This document shows, one piece after another, positions 24,698 through 38,268 of a stretch of DNA of 64,000 bases. The first letter of the stretch is position 1. Each line of letters begins with the position of its first letter. Origin of the DNA: Botryllus schlosseri. Lineage: Eukaryota. The DNA lies in NCBI GenBank assembly GCA_051294905.1, contig CM119383.1, positions 10,168,001 to 10,232,000 of the forward strand, in the 5' to 3' direction. The notes below the pieces were generated by a model. That model was not told where the DNA came from and did not search any database. It was given only the letters and a program-made list of their open reading frames with translations. The translations under genes and the position numbers were made by a program.

Positions 24698-25034
24698 CAT
24701 TTATATTATGAGCCCGATATTGATGAACAGCCGCAGCGGCCCGTGCAGCACTGTTGATTCCGTAGTACGATGCCGCCGCCGCGGTGGTAGCGCTTTGCCC
24801 GTCCATGTGGTGAATGTACATGTCCATTTCCTCGGTCGGGACATACTGGTGCGCGGCATTCATATATGGGGTGAGTGATGGGTGGGTGTGATGTGGCCCG
24901 GGAGACTGGAGTGGATTACCGCCGGACGGGCCAGAGTCTTGGTGATGCGGGTTCGCCGACGCCATGGCAGCGTGGTGGTGGGAATGATGTAAGTGCTGGA
25001 ACCAACGGTTTTGGTCTGCTGTCGTAGGCATCAT
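24698..25034 (-). CDS. GATA1/2/3: GATA1/2/3, coding exon 1
   Basis: ATG 25034, MMPTTADQNRWFQH...YVPTEEMDMYIHHMDGQ...YYG (cf. GATA2 EQPRW / PDEVDVFFNHLDSQ / YY), donor G|gtgagt. The five exons total 1866 nt = 621 aa + stop. Confidence 0.9.
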
Positions 25035-28000
25035 CTTTCGGGCATCGGGTGAAGCCAACTAGCCAGAGATCCAATGCGCTTAGGAAACCGCGTCACGATT
25101 AGTACTCTATGTTGCGGGGACAGCACTTCCAGAACGTTGACATTCGCACTTGCTCTTCTGTTGTCTGTGACCTGCGCCTGGTAATTTCACAATCAGCTGT
25201 CGGATATCTTAGAATACAATATCGATGAAATACTGAAAATAATCAATGTAATTCGATATTTCAACTATGTCCTTGTTCTAATTGAAATCAATTTTCCAAC
25301 AGGATGACTATATCTGAGCTTACGATATACGAGCGCGTGAAGATGAGAGATAGACTTGCCGCCACAGAAAATAAATACTCAATGGGAATAGTTTTCGCGT
25401 TTTCGAGATAAGCAGAAAGCACTGTAGAAAAAAACATAATTTATAGAAATCGCGGAATCTCTTCTAAAGCTTCTTCGTCATAAAATAATGTCTGCGGCGT
25501 GAACTAGCCTGGATTTTGCCTGTTGCATAACCAATGCTTCGCGGAAAATCCTCCTATATCCTCGACTACCGTTATCTCAGCTGATGGGAAGCTAATGGCA
25601 TGTTTTTTCTACAACTTCCCGTAACGGGTTGAATTACATTATTTTCGCTTTAATCCCACATGGTTTATTACTATTCAGTCATTTGGCTACAGTATTTCGG
25701 CTTATAATTCACATATTTATTTTTGGGCGGAATGACATCGGTTTTCGTGTAAGTATCCTCCTGAGATTAGCAATGTATTCGAGCCTGCCTAATTTCGCCG
25801 CGCGACCATTTATCATCACGTCGTTCCGTCAAATGGTAACAAACGCTTCGTTGTAAACACCGATTAGACCGGCAATAACAAACAGAAACATGACAAATAC
25901 AGTGATCGCGAAATCGATGGGAACTATTCACTCGGCTGTCAAGGACGCTAATAGAAACATAAATTTTAAAACATTCCCTTATTATAATCCCTTTGATTTA
26001 TATTTCATGAGAATCGCGCGTCGCTAAATCTGCGAAATATAAAAAATCACATGTGGTTATATTTAACACAGGGGTCGGAGTTCAGCAATGTTTACTTCCT
26101 CTATCATTGAGGGCGACGCGCCATTTTCAATGAAGAATGATTCAGGAGTTTAACTTGAAACTGTAAGCGGACACTTGGGATTTTATGAGCAAATGTTTGT
26201 ATTTAGGTTACTTTAAATCAGTGTACCTGGGAGCGTCTCGAAACATGATTGATTTACGACCGACTGAACTTCCACGATTCTACTCAACCTATGGTAAACT
26301 TTAAGTCATTGCTACCTATACTGGAATACATGACGGGGCAGCTATGTCCTCATTGTTGGCCTGTAAAAGAGGCAATCTTTCCTGCTTTTTTAAAAAGTTG
26401 ATAACCTTTTTCAGCAGAACCGCCGATGCGCATGACTTCGAGTTGCCGTTGTTAGCTTCAGAGATTTTGTAGAGCATCGCTCACATTTTGTTTGTTTACG
26501 GAGCCCGGACGGGGAGACAGATTGATTGATTGAAACTTGTCATGCCAGTATATACATGTATAACCCACACGTAAATCTGGGAGAAGCGTGGCGCATTTTG
26601 TTGTCGATAGTAACGATACGTCACGGATTTTCGACTCGTTCCGTCATCCGCCACTAGACTCTCGTAAGTGCTTGTCACGGTATTTAATGAATTTAATTGT
26701 TTGGGTATGACTGTCAAATTTTTTGGCCTGACCGATCCTCACCTGTATCTGTATCCCAAGCCTAATTGGACTCTCACTAGTTATGTTTCAGAAGGATTTC
26801 GAGAATCCATCGGTAATTGGGCCCTCGATAGAACCTAATTATGGACCACGCTCTCTGTCATATAAGCAAAACCACTAGAAGGATATGCTATACCTGAATT
26901 CAATTACCTTCACGTCCTATGACCACCTTCAGAAATCTAATGTCCCTGATCAATTAGTTTCAGGCCTGTTGGCGTCTTTTCGGCAGGTGCCTTTCCTATT
27001 CACCGTGTCTAGGCATCGGGCTTGCTGCCGCGTATATTATTTCTATCAGCAACGATGCCATTAGTCGAAAGCTCAAAATACCTCCCAAACAAATCTACGC
27101 TATGTAGCTTAACGGGTAACGCTTTTAACTAAATCTTACACGTTAACTGGTTTTTTGCACACTAAATGTTTGCGGTCAGTGGCGAAAAAAGAGCTGCGAA
27201 TTACAAGAGATTCGCTCAACCATGGTGCGTCGCCAAAAGAAAATGGCGTCGATCCCGCAGGGATAGCGTGGCTCGGCGTGGCTTCGAATAGACGTTATCT
27301 CAATCCTTGTCGGAAGAAATGCCCCACCGTACATTGAGATCGGGATTTTTAACTTTCAAGTTGTGGAAATCGTTCAGAAGATCAGCGGGTATAGTTGAAT
27401 CTAAATTGCTTATTGGATTTACAGCATAAAATCTGAAAATACTAATTAAAATTCATCCTCCATCTTGATCGCATCGCCATCGATAAGATATGTAGTCTAT
27501 ATATCAGGATTCATCAGGAAGTTTCCTATCGAAATACAACGACTGTTATATGCCCTTGCAGGATCCTTCAATGTATGCGTAAACATCGCAGATAAAAGGC
27601 GGTTATCTGAATTGAATAATTTATAGATATCTGCGCAATGCGAATATGTGTAATATTAGAAAAATTCTGCAGATATTCTGTCATGAAAAATTTATTTACA
27701 CGTTATTATCACTTGCGGCGTTGGTGGACGAACAAAATATATTTTGTGTACAATGCACGACGTACACACGTATATGTAGTTGAGGGGTTGGAAAAATCGT
27801 CCAACGTCACATGTTCTCATGCGCCATATTTTTCGTGTCATTATATATCAGATACGTTTTATAGAAACATCGTTATTTCACCCATCTGTACTGTCTGATT
27901 CACGCGGAAAGGATTCAACTGTAAAGCATTATATCGAAGCTATTTTCCCACCACGAATAAGTCACATTGAGAATTTAATCTTTCGATCACAGGCAACTTG

Positions 28001-29049
28001 TCGTTGAACGCCTAGGGGGGAGTCATAATTTGCTAGTTTTCTTTCTGTTTTGTTACGGATTTTATCGTGTCGATACCTCAAGTGGATACAATTTTCAGGG
28101 CTTTGAGATCTCGTCGATAAAGGCTGTAGGAGTGTAGGGGGAAGAGATTTAAAAATGGTAATTGAGGATGGTGACATTTAACTACTTTAGAAATACAATC
28201 GTCGGATATCCAACGAGTCGCCTCTATATCTAACAAAATTGAAATAAACGGGTCGAGAAAAGTGACAATTTTATACATAATGTCCTCACGGTTTCGATAG
28301 CAATTTTCACCCCGAACTATATAAAGTAAGATCAAATCTAAGAGATGTGAATTTACGCAATTTACCATATTTATGTTGGTATCATTCAATGAACACAAAC
28401 TCACGAGCAAGAACAATATATGGCGAGACATTGTGGACACACATTTGAAGATTTTTATAACGCGAAGCTGTCATGTCAATATGCGAACAACACAATCACA
28501 ATTCTACGCCCGAGATCATGCACTCAATCTTGTTACCCTCTTGTGCGTAATGGGTATGGTATATAGTTGAACACTTGAACAGGCATCGCACTCAAACCTC
28601 GCAATCTGCGCCGCTGATATATCAGTTTGCTTGCTCCGTCGACTAGTGCTGCTTTAATATATCAACTGGTGGCAGTCTAATCGCATATAGGGTTGTGTTG
28701 AAACACAATCCAGGAAAGATAGCTCCTCTCTCGTGCTAGAGCACGACGAGCTATCCAGTTCTGCTGAAATATCTTCAGCCACATGAAGAGATGCGCGGCA
28801 TATAAATCCGTTTGTATTGTGGTTGCTGAGAAAACGTAGAGAGATTGGTCAGCCTTCATGGGCCATTAAGAGCCTTTCATCTTGAGAGGCAGTAGGAGTT
28901 GCCGTGAATCGCAAGGTGTTGATCAACTTTAACGTAAGGACCACGGTATGAGATTTATGCGGCCTGACGAAGAGTGTGTTCGGTGGACGACTTCGAATTC
29001 AGGTGCTGCAGATGTGTGCGACCGTGCTCCGAACTAGAATGTTGTTATT

Positions 29050-29650
29050 CAGTTGTTCGGTAGGATGCACTTGCTTGCTCATTCTCTTATTTCCAGTTGA
29101 TTACTAAACAGTAGCGGGACTTGAATGATTAGGAACAACAAGACCTCTAAGAAAGCAAAAATCTCACATTCCAGCTCTAAAACAACATTCGCAAGGCTAA
29201 ACCACTTCGTAACACATCAAAGTTCCACATTGAGGGAGCGCTCACGGACCCAGGTGACTGGCCTCTCTGGATTTTGTTACAACATTGAATCCTCAAATCC
29301 TTGGTAAGCACCCACACGTCCATTGTGGCGAATACGAGAATACGAGCCGAGCTCCAGGTTAATGTTAATGACCGTTGTTGTTTTAGACACCGATTACGAC
29401 AGTTTAGGAACCGCTTATCCCCGAATTTCCTACCTTTCAACACGTGTCTTCATTCTAAGTGGGGTTAACTCAGATTTGAGTAATGTACCTTGCCAATGTT
29501 TTTATTAGTGTTGACTGAATCATTGAGGGTTCCAAATGTCTATTGTGGAAACTGCCTTGAGGTAGAAATGAAATCTACAGTTTCCAAAAGCAACTTGCAT
29601 TGTTTGGATTACTAAGTTTTGGTCAAAAATGATTGAGTACTCACCGAGCT
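29050..29650 (-). pseudogene. Degenerate non-LTR retrotransposon reverse transcriptase fragment
   Basis: Ordered decayed motifs on the minus strand across frameshifts: FYLKAVSTIDIW (cf. LDLKAAFDTVxW), GQSPGSVSAPSMWN (cf. GVPQGSVLAPxLWN), CEIFAFLEVLL (cf. xxxAFADDL). Confidence 0.5.
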
Positions 29651-31013
29651 TGTGGGGATACAAATTAAGCAGAACTGTTGATTTTATTGCAGAATTTCCC
29701 CCGATGGTCGTTGCTTGGTGCGATGACGAACGACGTAGCCCACCACATGTTCGGGAACGGTTGAATGCACACCAAACACAACTCATCATTGATGTCATAC
29801 GGTCAAATAATTTATTATATGTACACGAATACTAAGCGGCCGGCTGTCTAAAGACTTGCCGCCTCTATTTCGACTAAATCTGACAGTTGGTACGTGATGT
29901 AGATGCGTGAAAGTCGGCGGCGGTCGATGTCGATATTGTCGTTACGGCTGTCGTCAGAGACCCGTGACCATCTTGCAACATATCTAATATTGAAGTGTCT
30001 GAAATGTCCAATGAACGCAGCTAGCTGCAAATTGAAAGCAGAAAAACTGATGGACAGGTTCGCCTTCCTGTGTCACGTGCAAAGTGGAGTGTAAACGTTT
30101 TACACATGTTGTTCGCCACAGTGCAGTATTTCATGATGATCTATCTATTATCCCTCACAAACGCAGACAACATACATCTTGTGGAAATAAGCAATGAGCA
30201 ATCAAAACCATAGCGTCTATTTAATATGATACAAAAGCCAGAACGTTCGCCCACGAAGCCAATACAATGACTGCACACGCACAGATTAGCGCCGATATCA
30301 GTGTTATTATTTATTTCCGAATCGGGGTAACGCAAAGGTCGCCAGCAACCCAGAACATCGTGTCACGGTACAGACAGTTCAAGTGGTACGAAAGTGTGTG
30401 CCTTTATCTCGCCCAACCTACGGCCGATATAGTGTCACTTATGATGAATTTAACCAAACGAGAGACATAATGAAGAGGTAGACAAATATATTGATATGCG
30501 ACGACTGTAGTTTTGAGAAGAAAAGCTCCATTAACACACAGTGCTTATTTCATTCAATCAACCAACCAACACGAAGAGGTGTAAGAGAGAAAGGGGCTAC
30601 GTCATGGGATATCCGACAGCAGGGCGACTAACGATGTGGGCGGTCGTATAAACACTAAAATAAATAACACAAAAATCGGGATATCTTCATTGTGGACTAA
30701 TCAATCGCATAAACATGGCGCGGTGTGGCCGACCACGCTATTTCTATCTAATGTTGGATTGACGTGGAGGATCATAACCGCTCTATGTGTTCATTCGTAG
30801 CTTCGAGTGTCGGGGCATTACACTGAAATTTGGGGCATAAACAGCCACTGCAATGGGACGCTCGAAAGGGACCCCAGAAAAATGGAATGAGGGCACATGT
30901 AACCACAGTTTGGAGTAACCATGTTAAAATTCGGAAATTTACGAGTGCTTGTGGCCTATGATGCTTATTCCAGTTTTAATTTCGAAATTGATGATAACGA
31001 TAAATGCAATAGT

Positions 31014-31523
31014 CAGGAATGAGCAAAATCGAGTACCTGAGTGATTCGATTCTGAATCACGTATTATGCTTCGAGTCGAGTATTCGAGTATCACTCATTA
31101 TGACGTCACGACATAATGAAACATGTTACAGTTCGAATAGGTACCTTTTATGCTACAACAAAGAATATAATGCCTGTTATCCATCAAATTAAAGAGATTT
31201 CGGTATTTTTTCGACCACACCGATTTCATTGGACTTCCTAACAAGATTATGGGATGATTATGACTTCGGAAATGTATTATTTCCTGTAACTATGGTAGCT
31301 TTGTACTATGTTTCGTATGCTTCGATGTGGCTAATCATGGTTCTAAGCCTTCCACATTGGAAAGTAGTATCAAAACTATAATTCTCGTCGATAAATTCGC
31401 TTTTAGTGGCGAGGAGCGTGTAATTTCAGTACACGAAAAAATCGTCTTTTACTACTCGACTCGAATCATTAAAATCAATACTCGATTTAGATTCGAGTAC
31501 TCGAATCATTGTGCCCAGCCCTA
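31014..31523. mobile_element. hAT-type MITE with TACTCGA/TCGAGTA subterminal repeats
   Basis: Degenerate TIRs (CAGGAATGAGCA / TGCCCAGCCCTA), perfect 8-bp TSD GCAATAGT. Confidence 0.8.
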
Positions 31524-32032
31524 GCAATAGTGTGTCCTCTAGATTATTATTAGCGTGCAGGGCAATTTACTCAAAAGTCGTAGTTTCAAGCATCCCAACT
31601 AACCTCACGGAAGAAAGTGATCTCGATTTTTCGTTATCTCAAGAGTTTCATCGCACTGAATCATTTTAGGTATTTAGAATATCGGATAAATATGTATTTT
31701 GTATTCGATTATCTCATTATTGTGAAGTAAAACAATGAGACTAACGATAAAACCGAGTGGGAGAGCGTCATAATTCTCCCACGGCATCAGTATTTATGAC
31801 TTAATAACGAGATTACGAGATAATGCCGATTATCTGCTGATCGCTACAGTTGATATATTTAAAGTCCGATCACAACAATCGCTGAAAGTAAGAAATTCTT
31901 CTTACTCATTACGAGAAATTAGCGACCATAATCGCTACACAAAAACACAACCGTTGCTGCAGCAGCGAAAACACGTGACTTGAACGTATACGAAGGCGAG
32001 TCCCTTAGTCAAAAGCACATCATCTCGTAGAC

Positions 32033-33224
32033 CAGAGGTCTCAAACACGCGGCCCGCGGGCCGCATGCGGCCCGCCAGAGCATTTTGTGCGGCCCGCGAC
32101 GACATTTTAGATTTTTAATACTTTGACAATGTATAAGTGTCCAATATATATTTTCAGGTTATAAAGTCAAAAGTACATCTTAAATTGCCCCGAAAGACTG
32201 AAACTATTCAACAACTTCACTATCACGTCAATTGCAAAGGCTACCATGCAGTGGAAGATTCACTATTTCGCCACATTTCCAGTTCATGATGACAAAACCT
32301 GACCCTTAGACGATTCGTGACTGAAATTTGTGAGTTGGACTTGGACGCGACCTTTCTTAGAATTACTTAGACTTGGCTAACTCGATGGCAAAATGAAAAT
32401 GACTCGAGTGGACTCGGAGTGACTCGGAATGCCGTGAATTTGTTAGAACCATGGACGCAACAAACTAATTGCGTACCAGGGGAATAGTAATAGATCAGAA
32501 GGTCGCAGCTTGGTATTTCGCGAACTAAGCAAGTAGATATGTCAACCATTGGCAATCTGTCAGTTACATCTTTGGTCGCTAAACCATGTTATTAAGGGCA
32601 CTTACAAGTACCGAGTACCGTAGTGGTCGCTCCAACGATGTAACAACAATGGCCCGTTCTGCGTCTCGACATTTCAATCACTAGGACACATTCATTAATA
32701 TATTTATATTATATTTATATTTGTTTCTGTTCCTATATTTGAAAGTATTTGGCCTACTTATCAGAAGTATACCCGAATCCTGGATTGGAATTACAATGCG
32801 CAACCTAAAAATGTTTTGATATCAGATCAGTCTCTATTAATAATTTGTTAAATTCAAAATATTCATAGTAGCTGCAAAATTATAACCCGATAGCTTTTAT
32901 GATGGCATCATACATTTGTCCGCCCATATGGTGTCTATAGCTTATAATTAATATATATCAAGTACAACAACAATTCTATTCAAATAGTTATAAATGTGAT
33001 GATTCTTTTCGTGCCAGGCCTGAATTTATACAAGAGTAAATCACATTTGACGATATGTGTTTACAGTCAGTCTGCTGGATCGGCTCGCTTTCAATAGGAC
33101 AATTCATTCTCGCCAAATAAGGCCTATTTGGAAAGACATAGAATACCCCTATAAATGCTGCGGCCCGCGGCGTCGTCAAAACTGGAAAACTGGCCCGCGA
33201 TCACATTTGAGTTTGAGACCTCTG
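32033..33224. mobile_element. hAT-type MITE (CAGAGGTCTCAAAC termini)
   Basis: 14-bp perfect TIRs, GGCCCGCG subterminal repeats, perfect 8-bp TSD TCGTAGAC; contains a GACTCG-repeat fragment at about 32330-32430. Confidence 0.92.
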
Positions 33225-33500
33225 TCGTAGACTCTGGAACAAGGAGCATCTCAAGGAAACAGAGAGGTCGCCGTCTGAATAATGATTACTAGGGCAAGTT
33301 TTTGCAACTTTTTTTTACAGCTTCCGACAGCTTCCTAGATACTCAGAATCTATATGTACTATCATGTTTTAAGCTGTTTGAAGGGATTTTGTGGTGCAAC
33401 TTTTCTCTATTTTTCATACCAATTTTTAATGCAACGTTTATCAAATATTGCGTAAAAATGCCAAGGGGCGATTTACAAACATGCTATAAACTATTCCTAG

Positions 33501-33534
33501 CAGGGATTTCTAGAACTAGTTCTAGATATCCCTG
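33501..33534. mobile_element. 34-bp TIR-only hAT-like element
   Basis: CAGGGATTTCTAGAACTAGTTCTAGATATCCCTG is a palindrome with 1 mismatch, flanked by perfect 8-bp direct repeats ATTCCTAG. Confidence 0.7.
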
Positions 33535-36034
33535 ATTCCTAGTATGGCTCTATTCTCATTTATTTGCATAACAAAGAGCTACATGAGGGGTTAGCTGCAT
33601 CTCACATGACTCATTGGCAAGATCAACTACCCCTGCCAAGCACGACCCGACCGTGTCCGAACAATATGTGAATAGATCGCTTTATTCATTCTGTCGTTTA
33701 AATTTGAGATAGTTTCTTATTTCACGAACGCCCAGGCGAGACCGCCGAAAATTACATTTTCCCTGGGACGCACCTTATTCAGGCTATTGATTTTGTTAAA
33801 GTCGCCTAGAGTGAGTGTTTCTGCAATGCTTTGGGGCAAATTTGCAAACTGAGGGGGTTTGGGGTGTGTTATTTGACTTGTTTTAAGGGGAGGAGGTTAT
33901 CGCTATGCTGTTTGGCTTTTTGGGGAAAAATTATTCCCCCATTAAGTAATTTTCGTGCTGTGTATCGGCAAAAAATGTAATCGTTGGCGGTCTCACTAGA
34001 AGTTTGGGCAGTCTTGCCAGAATGCCCGTGAAATGGCAAAGTAACAAATTTGACATCTCTGCAATTTTTATAGGCTACATTCATTACAGGAGTCAAAGTC
34101 AGGTGGTCGTTTTGTATTCGGATAAAACTAGGCCCGAAATTTTGGAATTACAGTCTGGACTTTCATCAGGACGAATGACAACCTGGCTATTCGTCGACAT
34201 GTACGTACATAGCTCGCACTAATTCTCAACCTCAAATCAGGCTGCTATATCAACCTTCGGTTTCAGCCTGTCCTGTTTGATCCCAGTGTACACGGTCCGT
34301 ATTCGCCTCTGATTCCGAGAGACATCTAACAGGCAACCCAGCATTCGCCATTAGTATCTTTCGCGACCAAATCGTAGTAGAAAACGGAAGTAGTGATTTA
34401 TGGCTTGAGAAGATGAGGAATAACAACGTAATTGAGCTGCTCTATAGTTGCATATATGTAGCGTCGCACCATCGAAAATATCCAAGCCAACGATAAGAAT
34501 AATGAAACACAATGGCCCTACGAACTATTCACCCAAATGAATCACGACTAGTCTCCCGTCTCGAAAGTGGACGACGAGTTATTTCGAAAAGCTGGCTAAA
34601 CGTAATCGCGCTTTCCATAGAAAACAATTATGAATGTTATTGTTATGATTAATATGCGACAGGTAACGAAATAGTCAATATTTAAGAATTGTCATGCCAG
34701 GCGCCACTTTCCTATACGCCGTCAGATGGATATGATGAACGTATTCTGGTAAAAATCACAAAGGAGCACAAGATTCCAAAGCAAATAGTAAATTACTAGC
34801 TACGTCACACGAGGACAATGCCCCTCCTTCCGATGTATATACGGACATGTAGTACATGTGATTTTACACGGGTTCAACACCAGGAAGGCCATGCGAATTT
34901 ACCACAGTGTGCCCGGTAGGGACGTAGACGCTGATGTGCTAATACAGTTCCAATTATATCAATTCCTATCAGTCGGCATCAGAAAGCAGTGACCTTTACA
35001 AATACTGCGCTCAAAGGACAATGGAATAGAAGCCAGGGCAAACCTTACCCGGCGCCCGGCTATCTTACGGAAGATCTCCAAGCCAAATACCATTTCAGTT
35101 GCATTTCAAATACGTTTTTAATCCTCAATAAACGTACAATTTATACTATTTTCCGGTACGTTAGCACAAGCTCTTAGAAACACATAAAAGAAAGCAATTT
35201 CAATTGTCACGACGTCGGTGTTTTGGTTATAAAGTAGTTAGCAAACACTGACATTTTGAACTACCCGCTTTACACAACGTTTCAAATTCGACTGTCCAAT
35301 TGGTTGATCCCATGAGCAATTGAGCATGCACTGTCAAAATATTATTATCGCGGCGCTAACGAGTGAGATGTAATCTGAGATCTGTTTACAAAAGAGCTGA
35401 TTCTATGTATGAGAAATCTACCCGATACATGTTATTGCAAATATCTTATTCAACCGAACAGATGTAACAACAGCTTAATTTGAAAACGCTGTTTTCATTG
35501 ACTTGGTTCTGATCAACTAAAATCCGACTGTCAAATGCTGCAGCAGCTTAAAATCAAAAACCACGAGTATATCTGAATTTGCATTTTTCACCAAGCTGTT
35601 TTAGCAAACGCATTTTCTTTTTCTATTTTTGACTCATTTTGAACAAACTATATCAACTTTCTATGCATAACTGCACGTTATTTCTCAATGATTATAAACA
35701 ATAAATTAAGGCCACAACTATAATCCCTTTAGCATTACACGAGGTGGTTTTGCTCAAAATCATGACAGCGGACTAATCTCATTCAAAGAATTGTGAAGAA
35801 GGATGCTTGGCGCTTGGGTTGTAAGGATGAGCAGTCGCACAGGCGACTCATATTCCCCAGTATTCAACTGGTGAGTTTCATACAAACGTCTGCCAAAATA
35901 TAAAATCTCAGATGTTTGCCTTTCTCATTATCGGACTTGGATTTGGACACGACGACAATGGACTGGACACTAAATAGGATTTGGATTAGATTTCGACAAA
36001 TCCGGTTACGTATCAAAGATTACTATACTTATAT

Positions 36035-37260
36035 ATGATTTCACAAATAGAACTTAATCTCCAATATATCGAAAGTGGAATGTGTGTCGAATCAGACACG
36101 GAAGCTAGTCTAGATGGCAAACCCCGAACCAGTGAATTTGAGTCTGAGACTGACTCGCACTTGATAGTTCAAATACCTACTCCCCCAATGACGGTCCCAG
36201 AAATGATTGCAAGTCGAATTAATATTGTGGGTAAATATACACCTAATCCTTTTTATGCTATTTTTACAAAACTGTATCGTGGGTCACATCAAAAAAGCAA
36301 GTGGGCCACAGACTCCAACCACTGCTGCTTTAACTAAACGCCTTATTGGGAAAACCGTGATTTTTACATCGAGACTTAGGACTATATTTTTATATCATCA
36401 ATGTCGCGTATGTGACCGATAGCTTACTGTGGGTAGCGCAGGGAAAACCATGCAGTACAGCTACATGTCATTAGAACAAAGTTCTCGAGGAGCACGGCCC
36501 CTTGACGATTATTAAATAATTCGCCTCTCACTTATCTTCAAATGAAAAACAGAGCAAAGAGTTGGTTTGCGATATTATGTCTAGATGTGGGAGGATATAA
36601 CTATTTTATAAGCCAAGCTGAGGATTCTAATGTAGCTGATGACTGGGGTCTTAGCCGATTCTGGTTTGGTCCAAGTAACAGAGTACATTTTAACTCAGTT
36701 GCAACTTGCAAGTAAAGTAGCAATTTACAAGACATGCCCAAAATAATTTAAGGAGAAGTAGAGGATGAAATACCTGAAATGTACTCACTTAGCCTACGTA
36801 ATCCGAAAGAGTTGAATTGGTCGAAGGGTCACACACTTTTAGCAGTCAATCCAGGGGTTTCGGGGACTCCGGACTAGTTTGAAAAAGTCCGTAGAATAGG
36901 AATGAAACCGGTTCGATGCAAAGATGACATGCATGTTGTTCTTAAGCTCTATCAAAGACGAAGCCACTACTTCGAATATTTTAGATGACAAGCGGCTGCA
37001 TCCATCCCATTAGTCATCAGTGGGGCTGGACACAACGATTAGTGTACTTGAAGAGTCTGATGCGCCCCCAATGGGGAAGAATTATTTCATCAACAATAAT
37101 TACATCGTTTCAACACTTCCTTCTACCATCGAAGAAGTGCCAAGATTTGATTAGACAAGAAAGACAAGAAAGAAAACATGAAGCGCGAGGTTATGCATGA
37201 CCAAAGTTCATATAGACGCGACTCTTTTGTGTAGCGATGTAGAAACGAAGCACTACGCAG
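36035..37260 (+). pseudogene. Decayed coding-like segment, possibly a piggyBac-like transposase remnant
   Basis: Acidic N-terminal stretch (ESDTE…EFESETDS) followed by QMKNRAKSWFAILCLDVGGYNYF…NVADDWGL, loosely like piggyBac YMPxKPxKWGFK…GY.Y; many stops; no TTAA termini found. Confidence 0.25.
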
Positions 37261-37445
37261 TCGTACTTAATGTTCGGTTAGCATTGCTAAGAAATAGGAA
37301 AATCTTTATCCTGGTGAGTATAGATGACATTACTTTCATTCTGATTGTGTGAAAGGTACAAAGTTGAACTTGAAATTTATTCTTATTATGCATAACGTCA
37401 TAATGAGTAATAATTGAATACGCTACTCGACTCGCAGCGCATTAC

Positions 37446-38268
37446 TAGGGCGATTTTTTTTCCTAAAAAATGGAAGATTTGACCTAAAAAATGAAAAAAA
37501 TTCGAACATAATGTTAGAATTGTACCCCTTACGTTCATTTATGGTTAGAACTGTCTGTCCTTTTAGCCTGAAAAATTTTTTTCACATAAAAACTGTCAAA
37601 TCGTTACATGAAAAAAACTTTATTTCAACGAAATCTGGTCCTATGAAGAATTCCAGTATAGTTACATCACGTATATGGCAGTATGATTAAAATTTGCTGT
37701 AGTATACAACGGAAGATACCTCCCTACATTCTCAGGTAGAAAGTGCCTGTCCTTACTAAGGAGCTTGTCAAGAATGGAGAAAGAGCATTCAACAGCAGCA
37801 GTTGTTGTCTGACAACAAGGAAGTTGTGAGACTGTGCGTCTGCGTACACTGCAGGTGACATACCGTGTTGCTTCATTCTGACAATGTTGTCTGCATCACA
37901 ATTTTTCATCATGCGCTTCTTGATATAAGAATCATACAATGCCTACGCAGTCTTGCTTCAGTTAGGATATTGCGGCAGGTTGAGCATAGCAACCTGTCAA
38001 CCTATTTGTTTCATTTGACTGTTTATGATTCACAATGAGCGGACAATAGGCTGTCTACAACGCCATGTCTACGGTAAGCCTATAAAGTAGGCCACAAGCT
38101 GTAAAATGTCAAAGGATAAGTTCACCGACAGCGCAAGATATACGATACAAAACAAATGCAGGTTGCAAAAAAATGTTGACTTTGTAAACAATTTTGACAA
38201 TTTTTGACCTAACGCTACAATTTTGACAAAATTTTGACTTATTTTGACATGTCTAAAAAACCCCTTCA
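37446..38268 (+). mobile_element. hAT-type MITE family B, second copy
   Basis: Starts TAGGGCGATTTTTT and is collinear with 56431-57261 along its length; right end degenerate. Confidence 0.8.

Noticed and set aside
25740-25760. + strand donor (CGT|gtaagt) suggesting a GATA antisense lncRNA
   Set aside because: A single donor motif with no supporting promoter or acceptor evidence.
28960-29005. Hammerhead ribozyme (CTGACGA…CGAA)
   Set aside because: The core ends GAAT rather than GAAA, and no stem I/III with a cleavage triplet could be built.
37724-37939. Similar short ORFs (MMKNCD…) at 37724-37939 and 56692-56922
   Set aside because: Both lie in MITE family B copies; the frames diverge and the third copy is disrupted.
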